The notes beneath the pieces were generated by a model that was given only the letters and a program-made list of their open reading frames with translations, was not told the origin of the DNA and did not search any database. This document shows positions 9,401 through 17,968 of a DNA stretch of 64,000 nucleotides, piece after piece. The DNA is taken from the NCBI GenBank assembly GCA_038062675.1, contig JBBTWP010000003.1, forward strand, positions 129,378 through 193,377. The letters run 5' to 3'. Position numbers and translations under genes: made by a program. This DNA comes from Patescibacteria group bacterium (GTDB taxonomy: Bacteria; Patescibacteriota; Minisyncoccia; Phycocordibacterales; UBA1550). Each line of letters opens with the position of its first letter. Positions within the stretch are counted from its first letter, which is position 1.

Positions 9401-9729
9401 GAGAGGAGTTTTGATTGTTGCAGCGCTTTTATTAATTCGGTACGTAAAACGGTGGGGGAGGAGGAGAGTGCCTCCTGTTTTGGATACACAACGACTGTTG
9501 CCGAACGCAAATTTTTTATTTGAGGCTCCAAAAGTGCGTATAAACGGCGGCGAAGAGTATTCCGTACAACAGCAGATTTTGAAATTTTCTTGGAGGTAAC
9601 AACAGCAATATGAACGCCTTCACTTTTTGTATACACCACCAAAGAAAAGAGGGGAGAGAAAACGCGAAAACCCCGCACATTTGAGGCGGGGAAGTCTTTT
9701 CGTGATATGCGGTTCTTTTTAGACAACAT
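9397..9729 (-). CDS. rnpA: RNase P protein component.
   Basis: MLSKKNRISRKDF...RNTLRRRL. Position downstream of rpmH. Confidence 0.85.
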   Translation of the reverse strand: MLSKKNRISRKDFPASNVRGFRVFSPLFSLVVYTKSEGVHIAVVTSKKISKSAVVRNTLRRRLYALLEPQIKNLRSATVVVYPKQEALSSSPTVLRTELIKALQQSKLLS

Positions 9730-9750
9730 GTGTGGTCAAAAAACACCAAT

Positions 9751-9792
9751 TAGACATTTGGACGATTTGGACGTCCAACGTCCAAATGTCTA
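9751..9792 (-). terminator. Hairpin between rpmH and rnpA (attenuator/terminator-like).
   Basis: Inverted repeat tagacatttggacg ... cgtccaaatgtcta with a nested ttggacgtccaa palindrome. This position is a known attenuation point in rpmH-rnpA operons. Confidence 0.45.
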
Positions 9793-9806
9793 AAACATTC
9801 GAGGTA

Positions 9807-9944
9807 TTATACGGTTGAAAGTCGCTTGCGGCCCTTTTGGCGACGGCGCTTAATCACATTCTTTCCGTTTTTTGATGCACTGCGGACAAGGAAACCATGG
9901 GTTCCTGCGCGTTTCTTCTTTTTTGGCTGGTATGTTTGCGACAT
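9807..9944 (-). CDS. rpmH: 50S ribosomal protein L34. Not in the ORF track because it is under 60 aa.
   Basis: Reverse-strand translation gives [45 protein letters not shown]. Confidence 0.8.
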   Translation of the reverse strand: MSQTYQPKKKKRAGTHGFLVRSASKNGKNVIKRRRQKGRKRLSTV

Positions 9945-10075
9945 AATAAGCCACTATACACTATGTTCCCAGAAAAATCCAGCTTTTTGGAAAATACTTA
10001 TCATTTCCAGCCAAGATGGGATTTTACCCAGTTTGCATTCCCTGCAACTTATTGGGTATAATGACAGTCCACACG

Positions 10076-10084
10076 TTATCCACA
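10076..10084 (+). promoter_or_regulatory. Consensus DnaA box TTATCCACA upstream of dnaA.
   Basis: Exact 9-mer match. Confidence 0.6.
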
Positions 10085-10169
10085 GTTTAGAAACACTCTC
10101 ATCCCCGTGTGTTGGTTTCGTATGAGCATTAGAAAGACTATAATACAAAGAACAGCCTCTTACCCCTTT

Positions 10170-11525
10170 ATGCTCGACAATACACAACTTTGGGATCACA
10201 CACTGCGCGAACTCGGGAACGAGCTGTCTCGGGCAAATTTTAGTACATGGTTTAAAAACACTGCGATCACCAAACAAGAAGATGGTATCGTCACTATTGG
10301 TGTTCCCAATGAGTTTGTAAAAGATTGGTTGCAAAACAAATTCCACAAAATGATTCTGAAATCATTGCGTGGGCTTTCTGAACATGTCCGTAATATTGAA
10401 TATGTAATTTGCAAGATTGAAGAAAAATCTGATAAAAAACAAACTGAAAAAACTCCATCAAACCCAACATCTGAGCTTCCTTTGGAAAACCTTTATATCG
10501 ACCGTGCGGATGGGCTTAACCCTCGTTATGCATTTGATAGCTTTGTGATCGGAGCGTTTAATGAACTTGCGTACGCCGCATCTCAAGCAATCTTAAAAAA
10601 AGTGGGAAAGAATGTATACAACCCTTTATTTATTTATGGCAATACCGGACTTGGAAAAACTCATCTCATTCAAGCTATCGGCAATCAAGTAAAAAAACTA
10701 CACCCTGATAAAAAAGTATTTTACACGACATCAGAAAAATTTTCAGTGGACTACATCAGTTCAGTAGGGCAGGGGTCGAAGACAATGAATACTTTTAAAG
10801 ATAAGTACCGAAAATACGATCTCTTAATTATGGATGACATCCAATTCCTTTCAAATAAAGAAAAAACTCAAGAGGAACTCTTTCATATCTTTAACGAACT
10901 TTATAATAACAACAAACAAATTGTTTTTTCTTCCGATCGTCATCCAAACTATATTCCTGCACTTGAAGAACGCCTTAAATCTCGTTTTAATGCTGGAATG
11001 ACTGTAGATGTGCAGGAGCCTGAATATGAATCACGGCTCGCTATTTTACGGGCAAAAGCCGACAGTAGTAAATTCTTCCCTCCAGATGAAATTATTGAAT
11101 ATCTTGCTTCATCAATCCAAGGAAATGTTCGTGAATTGGAAGGGCTTTTAAATGGTGTTATTTGCCAATCACAGCTTAAAAATAGGCATTTAACACTTAA
11201 TGAGATTAAACCCTTTATAAAGAACACGTCAAAACCAAAAAAACTTCTTTCTGTGAAAGAAATAGTGAAGGTGGTGTGCGGTTTTTACAATATTGAAGAA
11301 GATCATGTGTATGAAAAAACAAGAAGGAAAGAAGTAGTGAAACCACGCCAAGTTGCAATGTTTATTTTGCGCGAGGATTTCAATATCTCATATCCAACTA
11401 TTGGACAAAAATTAGGTGGTCGTGATCACACCACTGTTATGCATTCGTATGATAAAATTAAAGTAGATATGAAGAATGATTTATCGCTTATGCAGGAGGT
11501 TGATCAGATCCGCGCAATGTTTTAA
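10170..11525 (+). CDS. dnaA: Chromosomal replication initiator DnaA. The ORF is open from 10107; the likely start is MLDNTQLW at 10170.
   Basis: AAA+ Walker A GNTGLGKTHL is present. A C-terminal DnaA box-binding HTH is present. Confidence 0.9.
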   Translation: MLDNTQLWDHTLRELGNELSRANFSTWFKNTAITKQEDGIVTIGVPNEFVKDWLQNKFHKMILKSLRGLSEHVRNIEYVICKIEEKSDKKQTEKTPSNPTSELPLENLYIDRADGLNPRYAFDSFVIGAFNELAYAASQAILKKVGKNVYNPLFIYGNTGLGKTHLIQAIGNQVKKLHPDKKVFYTTSEKFSVDYISSVGQGSKTMNTFKDKYRKYDLLIMDDIQFLSNKEKTQEELFHIFNELYNNNKQIVFSSDRHPNYIPALEERLKSRFNAGMTVDVQEPEYESRLAILRAKADSSKFFPPDEIIEYLASSIQGNVRELEGLLNGVICQSQLKNRHLTLNEIKPFIKNTSKPKKLLSVKEIVKVVCGFYNIEEDHVYEKTRRKEVVKPRQVAMFILREDFNISYPTIGQKLGGRDHTTVMHSYDKIKVDMKNDLSLMQEVDQIRAMF

Positions 11526-11538
11526 AACGTGGATTACT

Positions 11539-11713
11539 TGTGGATAGAGTTGTTGTTATGTGTTGATAGGTATGTGGAAAAGTTTACCTGAAACATATTC
11601 AAAAAAATATTATCCACAAAGAGGTGAGTGTTGTTCCTATAATAACAAAAAGTATGAGAGGGGATTTTACTAAGCAATTAAAACGGTTTAATAGAGTTAT
11701 CCACTTATCCACA
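11539..11713. promoter_or_regulatory. dnaA-dnaN intergenic DnaA-box cluster. This is the putative oriC / DUE region.
   Basis: tgtggatag at 11539-47 (reverse orientation, 1 mismatch). ttatccaca at 11610-18. ttatccact at 11697-705. ttatccaca at 11705-13. The surrounding spacer is AT-rich. Confidence 0.65.
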
Positions 11714-11761
11714 CCTATAGTAATAATAATAAGAATTTAAAGTAATAATTAATACAATACT

Positions 11762-12862
11762 ATGAACCTCTCTTGTAATCGTGAATTTCTTCAAAAATGT
11801 ATTTCATCTGCTGATCGAGTAACAGGAAAACATTTAAGCCTTCCTATTTTAGGAACTGTTTTTATTGCAACTGATCATAAAAAAATAATTATTCGTGCAA
11901 CAAATCTTGAAGTAGGTGTTGAGTTTCAAATTCCTGCTACTATAAAAACAGAAGGAAGTGTTGCACTTCCAGGAAGTCTTTTAGCAAATATTCTTTCAAG
12001 TATTACTGATGAACAAGAAATAAATATCAGTGTTTCTGGAAGTGTTGGGAAAATAACCACAAAAACAAAAAATCTTACGATTAAAGGTTTTTTACCTGAT
12101 GATTTCCCAACTATTCCTTTAGTTAATGAAGGTGATAAATTTACCCTTCCAGCAGTAAAATTTATACAAGGTGTTAAGTCAGTGGTAGGGAGTGCGGCTA
12201 TTTCTGATATAAAACCTGAAATCTCAAGCATTTATATTCATCAAGTAGGAGATTTTTTGATTTTTGCCGCAACAGACTCATTTCGTCTTTCTGAAAAGAA
12301 AATAAAATACCAAGGGACCGCGTTAACACATGGAATTATTATACCTGTAAAAAATATCCTTGAAGTGGTAAGAATTCTTGAACAAAACCAAGAGGATATT
12401 TCATTCACCGCGACAAAAAATCAATTTTCTTGCGCAGGAAAGTCTGTTTACATAACTTCCCGTGTTGTACAAGGGGTGTATCCTGATTACGAGCAAATCC
12501 TCCCTAAAGGGCACACCACAGAAGTGGTTATGTTGAAACAAGATCTTTTAAACACTTTAAAATTATCTACACTTTTTTCCGATAAATTCAATAAAATAAC
12601 ATTTACTATAAACCCTCAGCAAAAAAAGTGTATTATTGCGACAAAAAACACAGAAATTGGGGAAATTGAGTCAAATCTTACCGCAACTCTTTCTGGGGAA
12701 CCCATTGAACTTTCATTGAATGGAAAACACCTTTTTGATTCACTGGGGTCAATCGAAAAAGATAGTGTGATTATTCAGTTCAATGGAGCAGACAAACCGG
12801 CAGTTATTCGCGGGCTTGGTGATCCATCATTCACCAACCTCACAATGCCCCTTACACAATAA
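11762..12862 (+). CDS. dnaN: DNA polymerase III beta sliding clamp.
   Basis: N-terminal MNLSCNREFLQKCISSADRVTGKHLSLPILGTVFI. Length 366 aa. Position after dnaA. Confidence 0.9.
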   Translation: MNLSCNREFLQKCISSADRVTGKHLSLPILGTVFIATDHKKIIIRATNLEVGVEFQIPATIKTEGSVALPGSLLANILSSITDEQEINISVSGSVGKITTKTKNLTIKGFLPDDFPTIPLVNEGDKFTLPAVKFIQGVKSVVGSAAISDIKPEISSIYIHQVGDFLIFAATDSFRLSEKKIKYQGTALTHGIIIPVKNILEVVRILEQNQEDISFTATKNQFSCAGKSVYITSRVVQGVYPDYEQILPKGHTTEVVMLKQDLLNTLKLSTLFSDKFNKITFTINPQQKKCIIATKNTEIGEIESNLTATLSGEPIELSLNGKHLFDSLGSIEKDSVIIQFNGADKPAVIRGLGDPSFTNLTMPLTQ

Positions 12863-13116
12863 TGCTCCCTCTCGGTAATCTTCTCGCACGATTTAAAAAT
12901 CTCACCAACACAGAAAGGGTGCGAAAAGAGCTTATTTGTGAAGTTTTGAAAGAATTTAAGATTCCTCTTTTGAACACCCAAATATTTTTTTCAAAAAATA
13001 CCGTTTTTATAAAAGCACCACCTATTATAAAAACAGAAGTAGCACTTAAAAAAGGGGATATCCTCAAAAAAATCACCACAAATACAGGGTTGCGTCATAT
13101 TCAAGATATTTTTTAA
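12862..13116 (+). CDS. Small protein overlapping the dnaN stop (TAATG). Possibly a DUF721/DciA-like or S4-like RNA-binding protein.
   Basis: 1-nt overlap coupling with dnaN. No diagnostic motif recognised. Confidence 0.35.
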   Translation: MLPLGNLLARFKNLTNTERVRKELICEVLKEFKIPLLNTQIFFSKNTVFIKAPPIIKTEVALKKGDILKKITTNTGLRHIQDIF

Positions 13117-13132
13117 AATAGTTATACACGCG

Positions 13133-13141
13133 TTATCCACA
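13133..13141 (+). promoter_or_regulatory. Consensus DnaA box downstream of the dnaN operon.
   Basis: ttatccaca exact. A near-copy ttatacaca lies at 13122-30. Confidence 0.4.
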
Positions 13142-13297
13142 TACCACCCCTTGACAAACCTAATCTTTCAGATTACAATCTGTAATTAGATATACTATAA
13201 AGGAAATTTTCTTATATGGATTACAGAGTACCTTGTCAATTAATGATGGCATTGTGCCATCTCAACTCAATGTTTCAAGTGTTTCAGGAGGTTTACT

Positions 13298-14899
13298 ATG
13301 AAGACGCTCTCAAAGCTAATCTTTCTTTCCGTGGTTCTGGTGTTTGGTGTGACTGGCTGTAATGATGGGGGAGGAGATTCTCCGCCCCCTGTAAAACAGG
13401 AGCCGATTCCGGTTCCTGTGCCAACACCTGAACCTGCACCATTTCCATTACCGGCGCCTGAAAAACTCACTATTACCAAAACTAGTCTAGCAAACCGAGT
13501 TTCTTCCACGCTAGGCTTTCAAGAAGTAGGCAGATTTTCAATCTCAGCTCTCGGGGAAAAGAATTTTTCTTCCGAAGGGGAAATGATGCTTACTTTTGGT
13601 GGCACACTTGCAGGGAGTGTTGGGTATGTGAGGATTATGGATATTTCAAGAATAGGTTATGTGGAAGAACGTATTTCTTCTGAACACACCGGAGCTCCTG
13701 TGGAGAACAAGAAAGCCACTGTGGTTTTCTCGACCCCAATTGTTGGTTCAAAAATCATGGCAACCTGGTTGGTTGACGAAAAGTACACCTCAGACTTTTC
13801 TGTGGAAGTAGCCCTTGTGGGAGTTGATCCAATACCTCATGGTTCTTTTGCGGATTTGACTGTTACCATAGAAACAAAAGACCATATACAGTTTGGGAAC
13901 AATGTCGTTGTGGCAGAGTTTCCATTTCGTCTTGCTGTTGCTCGTATTGAAACAGGTAAGTTGTTTTTTGCAAAAGATTCTGAGATTGTACGAGAGGATG
14001 TGGAAACGGGAGTTAATACTGTTTTAACATTCTCGCCGCAGGTTGCGGAACGCAACATGGTGCCTTCGCGTGACGGTAATAAGCTTGCTTTCATTGCGGA
14101 TCTTTTGGGCGTAAATGTTGTTAATGTGGGAATAATGGACAGTAATGGCGATGGGTGTTTTGTAGTAGATGCAGCTGGATGTAATCAGGCGTATCAGATT
14201 GTGCAGGCTCATATCTGTTATGCCACAGAACGTATCGCTTTGTTTCCAAACATCAATATGGTTGCTTGTCCCGGGACGAATTTTAGGGATAATAGTCTTA
14301 AACGCGCGAGAAACATATTTCTCACGCAAATCTCCCCAAATCTTGGAGCGCAACTTACCAATGATGTGTATGAGGACTTTGAGTCTGTTGTTTCTGCTGA
14401 TGGCAAGATGACCTACTTTCTTTCCTGTCGCCCGTTTGATAAGCCGGAAGCTCCTTTTGTTGAATACGTAGGAGGTTGTGGTATTTTTAAACGGGAAATT
14501 ATTGATTTGGATAAATTAGTTTTTGGTCCAATTCAATATGTGGTGGGAAGGGGGGATTGGAAGTTTGGCAGTGGAGGTGATTCACTTTCCGGTATTTCTC
14601 TGTCTCCTGATGACAAACAGTTAGTATTTTCTCGCGACATCGGAACAAGGAACTTTTTTGGGTCGATGGCAACGGTAAGTATTGTAAACACTGACGGAAC
14701 GGTACTTAAGGAGATTGGTGAAGGATTTCATCCGTACTGGGTCACTGATGGAAGGATTCTCTACAAAAAGAAATCTTCTCTTTTTGGCAGAGAAATTATC
14801 CTCAGTGATTCCGACGGAAGTAATCCGCGTGTTGTTTTGAAGTTGAAAGATGGAATTTCTGGTCAGGAATCGGCAACAAGTGTAACGTTTATCCCTTAA
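13298..14899 (+). CDS. Lipoprotein with a Pro-rich linker and a beta-propeller-like C-terminal domain.
   Basis: Signal peptide with lipobox VTGC. PEPAPFPLPAPE linker. RBS GGAGG upstream. Confidence 0.55.
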   Translation: MKTLSKLIFLSVVLVFGVTGCNDGGGDSPPPVKQEPIPVPVPTPEPAPFPLPAPEKLTITKTSLANRVSSTLGFQEVGRFSISALGEKNFSSEGEMMLTFGGTLAGSVGYVRIMDISRIGYVEERISSEHTGAPVENKKATVVFSTPIVGSKIMATWLVDEKYTSDFSVEVALVGVDPIPHGSFADLTVTIETKDHIQFGNNVVVAEFPFRLAVARIETGKLFFAKDSEIVREDVETGVNTVLTFSPQVAERNMVPSRDGNKLAFIADLLGVNVVNVGIMDSNGDGCFVVDAAGCNQAYQIVQAHICYATERIALFPNINMVACPGTNFRDNSLKRARNIFLTQISPNLGAQLTNDVYEDFESVVSADGKMTYFLSCRPFDKPEAPFVEYVGGCGIFKREIIDLDKLVFGPIQYVVGRGDWKFGSGGDSLSGISLSPDDKQLVFSRDIGTRNFFGSMATVSIVNTDGTVLKEIGEGFHPYWVTDGRILYKKKSSLFGREIILSDSDGSNPRVVLKLKDGISGQESATSVTFIP

Positions 14900-14920
14900 T
14901 TTTGTACATTTGGTTTATTT

Positions 14921-14957
14921 AAAGGGTCTTGCTTCACAGCGAGACCCTTTTTTTTTG
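14921..14957 (+). terminator. Intrinsic terminator.
   Basis: agggtcttgc-ttcaca-gcgagaccct hairpin followed by T9. Confidence 0.65.
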
Positions 14958-14970
14958 CCCACATTCCCAC

Positions 14971-14979
14971 TTATCCACA
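14971..14979 (+). promoter_or_regulatory. Isolated consensus DnaA box upstream of the Gly-rich protein gene.
   Basis: ttatccaca exact. Confidence 0.35.
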
Positions 14980-15054
14980 CCTCCACATAGTATTCACTTC
15001 CCCACACTGATATACTAAGGAAGTATTATCAAACCAACCATCATTTATTATATT

Positions 15055-16185
15055 ATGAAAAATATTGCTCAAAATCTTAAACTCATCGCCCTTGCTGTCA
15101 TCCTCTCGTTTGGTATTAGTTTTGCTTCAGCATGGGTTCTCCCTACTGCTGCACCACCCAATGGAAATGCGGATGCGCCGATTACGACGGGAGGAGGGCA
15201 GACAATTAAAGGGAATTTAACAATCGGTACTCCTCTAAACCCAGGAACTCTTACTATTGCTCCCGCGTCAAACCTCAAAATTCCCGGTGCAACAGTCGGA
15301 GAATTTCTTAAGGTCACCGGAGCTGATGGATCTGTGGGGACGGGGGTAGCTGGGGGCGGAGCCGCTGACAACCTTGGGAATCATACAGCAACGCAAAATT
15401 TAACCATGGGAGGGAATCAGATTACGGGTTCGAGCGGTATTACAGCGTCAGTTTTTAGCGACAAGGAAGACACAACATATTTTGCTAACCCAGCTTCTTC
15501 GTCGCGATTTAATGATGTTGTCGTGGTTGGTGCTGTTAATGCTGGGTCTGTTGTTGCCAACGGAGGAGCACTACTCCCCCACGGTAAACAACGTTTTGTT
15601 GGACCAGGAACATACACATTTGCGGTACCTGCGGGTGTGAACAAGGTATGGGTGACCATGGCGGGTGGTGGAGGAGGGGGGACATCAAGCCTTACTACAA
15701 ATGGAGGTCGTGGTGGTGGAGGAGGAGCCGCTGTTGTAGCGCAAGAAGTCACAGGGCTTACGCCTGGTAGTAATATTACTGTGACCGTTGGTTCTGGTGG
15801 CGTCGGTGGTTTGGGGGGCGTAAGTGGCTTTGCAATTTTCAATGTGGGAACCTCAGGGGGGGTATCGTCGTTTGGTGGTTATGTTATTACCCCTGGTGGA
15901 GGGGGGGGTGCTGGTAGTTTCATTCTTCATGCTCCACCTGGTGGTCCTGGGGGTGGGTTTGGTGGTAATGACCTTAGTGAAGGTCACCGTATGGGTGGTG
16001 TTGGAGGGGGTAGTATGTTTGGTACAGGCGGAATACGCACCGCTCTTGGTAGTTCTGCTATAATTCACCCTGCTGGCATTGCCACTGGCTTCGGTGCGGG
16101 TGGCGCCGGAGGTCCAGGTGCTACCGGTTCGACTTATTACGCCGGTGGAGCTGGTTCCCCCGGCTTTGTCTTGGTTGAGTGGTAA
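15055..16185 (+). CDS. Secreted glycine-rich repeat protein.
   Basis: Signal peptide. Long GGxGG/GxGxG low-complexity runs. Confidence 0.5.
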   Translation: MKNIAQNLKLIALAVILSFGISFASAWVLPTAAPPNGNADAPITTGGGQTIKGNLTIGTPLNPGTLTIAPASNLKIPGATVGEFLKVTGADGSVGTGVAGGGAADNLGNHTATQNLTMGGNQITGSSGITASVFSDKEDTTYFANPASSSRFNDVVVVGAVNAGSVVANGGALLPHGKQRFVGPGTYTFAVPAGVNKVWVTMAGGGGGGTSSLTTNGGRGGGGGAAVVAQEVTGLTPGSNITVTVGSGGVGGLGGVSGFAIFNVGTSGGVSSFGGYVITPGGGGGAGSFILHAPPGGPGGGFGGNDLSEGHRMGGVGGGSMFGTGGIRTALGSSAIIHPAGIATGFGAGGAGGPGATGSTYYAGGAGSPGFVLVEW

Positions 16186-16355
16186 GAATTTTTCTTTGGC
16201 CCCCGATTGGCCCCCGAGGTGAGACCTCGGTAAAAAGACCTCGGTAAAATAAATTTGTGGTGTAATTTAAACAAAATTCTTAAAAATCCCCAAGATTAGA
16301 AGTCTTGGGGATTTTTACTTAAAGGGGAAAGGAGGTCAGGTACCCTTTATTTTTG

Positions 16356-16450
16356 GGTGTAATTTAAAAATCTCTTGAGGTGAAATCTCGAGAGATTTTT
16401 GTTGTACGCCTTTTGAAGGGAAAGGGATCTTTTGGAAATGAAAGCGGGGG
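16356..16450 (+). repeat. 95-bp direct repeat, copy A. It contains the hairpin aaaatctcttgagg-tgaaat-ctcgagagatttt.
   Basis: About 96% identical to 17861..17955. A partial third copy of its 5' end (ttgtggtgtaatttaaa) lies at 16253-16269. Confidence 0.8.
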
Positions 16451-16544
16451 AGGTGAGGCAGCTTTTAGATTTGCTGCCAATTTATAGCCATGGTTTATAT
16501 AGCTATTTTCCACAAAAGAAAGATTTGCTATTTTTTTAGCAATT

Positions 16545-17690
16545 TTGTACAATAAGAAGATGCTCATATTTAAAAGGCTTATAGAACAAAACATTAAAAA
16601 CTCGCTTTTCAAAGGCAAGGCAATCCTAATCTTTGGACCACGGCAAGCAGGGAAAACAACGCTCGCTAAAAAGCTTCTTGGTGAATATGGTGCAGAGGAC
16701 GCTTATTTTAATTGTGAATTGACAGAAGTTCGTGCCGCTCTTCGAGTTGGCGCTCCAGAGAAACTAAAAAATCTCATTGGTGAGAAAAAAATTATTGTTC
16801 TTGATGAAGCTCAGACGGTGGAAAACATAGGTTCGATTCTCAAAACATTCATAGATACCTATCCGGAAGTTCAGATTATTGCGACGGGTTCGTCATCTTT
16901 TGACTTGGCGAATAAAATCAATGAGCCGCTTACCGGCAGATCTTTTGAATTCACGTTATACCCATTGTCTCTGGCTGAGCTAAAAAATAATTCTCTCAAT
17001 GTTAATCAGGAACAGTTGTATGAATATTTGTCAGTAGGGCTTTATCCAGGAATCATTGCTGAAAAAGATAAAAAGTTAAAAGAAAGCATTCTCAAAAATA
17101 TTACCACCAACTACCTCTATAAAGATATCTTCACTTTCGAGAGTATTAAAAGTCCTCAAGTATTTGAAGATCTCATTGCCATGCTCGCTTTTCAGATGGG
17201 TCAGCTTATTTCTGTAAACGAGCTTGCAAAATCGCTTGGAGTCAGTCGTTTTACCGTAGAAAAATATATAAAATTGCTTGAGCAAGCGTATGTTATAAAA
17301 AAAGTCAGAGCATTTTCTAAAAATAAACGAAATGAAATTAAAAAGAGTTTCAAACTCTACTTTATAGATATGGGTATACGAAATGCGGTTGTGCAAAACA
17401 TCTCACACGATATGACCACAAGGGCAGACAGGGGGTTTTTGCTCGAAAATCTATTTTTTATGGAATTACTAAAAAATAATATAAATGAATCTTTTCCCCC
17501 GCAAGTATATTTTTGGCGAAACACCAAAGGATACGAAGTTGACTTTGTTCTGGAGGACAAGGGAATAATACATGCGTATGAATGCAAATGGAACGAGCAA
17601 GAGCAAGTGGTTTTCTCTGTATTTAAAAAATCGTACCCGAATGCGGAGATTGATGTCGTTACGCCGAATAAATTAATTTCAAAAAACTAA
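16545..17690 (+). CDS. AAA+ ATPase of the COG1373 / DUF4143 family.
   Basis: Walker A GPRQAGKTTLAKKL. Overall family layout. Low-GC codon usage relative to neighbours. Confidence 0.75.
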   Translation: MYNKKMLIFKRLIEQNIKNSLFKGKAILIFGPRQAGKTTLAKKLLGEYGAEDAYFNCELTEVRAALRVGAPEKLKNLIGEKKIIVLDEAQTVENIGSILKTFIDTYPEVQIIATGSSSFDLANKINEPLTGRSFEFTLYPLSLAELKNNSLNVNQEQLYEYLSVGLYPGIIAEKDKKLKESILKNITTNYLYKDIFTFESIKSPQVFEDLIAMLAFQMGQLISVNELAKSLGVSRFTVEKYIKLLEQAYVIKKVRAFSKNKRNEIKKSFKLYFIDMGIRNAVVQNISHDMTTRADRGFLLENLFFMELLKNNINESFPPQVYFWRNTKGYEVDFVLEDKGIIHAYECKWNEQEQVVFSVFKKSYPNAEIDVVTPNKLISKN

Positions 17691-17860
17691 CCACAGCTTT
17701 CACAGCTCTCCGTGGCGACACCATGATAAAAGTTGAGTCGTTACTTTTTGATAGCATTCATATACACGATGTGTATGCAAAAACAAACAAAACAATCGGG
17801 CAGATTAGAAATGAATTAGGAAAAGGCTTCTCGAGGTCACACCTCGGAAAAAGAAGCTTG

Positions 17861-17955
17861 TGGTGTAATTTAAAAATCTCTTGAGGTGAAATCTCAAGAG
17901 ATTTTTGTTGTACGCCTTTTAAAGGGAAAGGGATCTTTTGGAAAAGAAAGCGGGG
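17861..17955 (+). repeat. 95-bp direct repeat, copy B.
   Basis: See copy A. Together the two copies bracket the AAA+ gene. Confidence 0.8.
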
Positions 17956-17968
17956 ATGGTGAAATAAG

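Noticed and set aside
9826-10125. 99-aa plus-strand ORF upstream of dnaA.
   Set aside because: It overlaps the well-supported rpmH on the opposite strand and the DnaA-box/promoter region.
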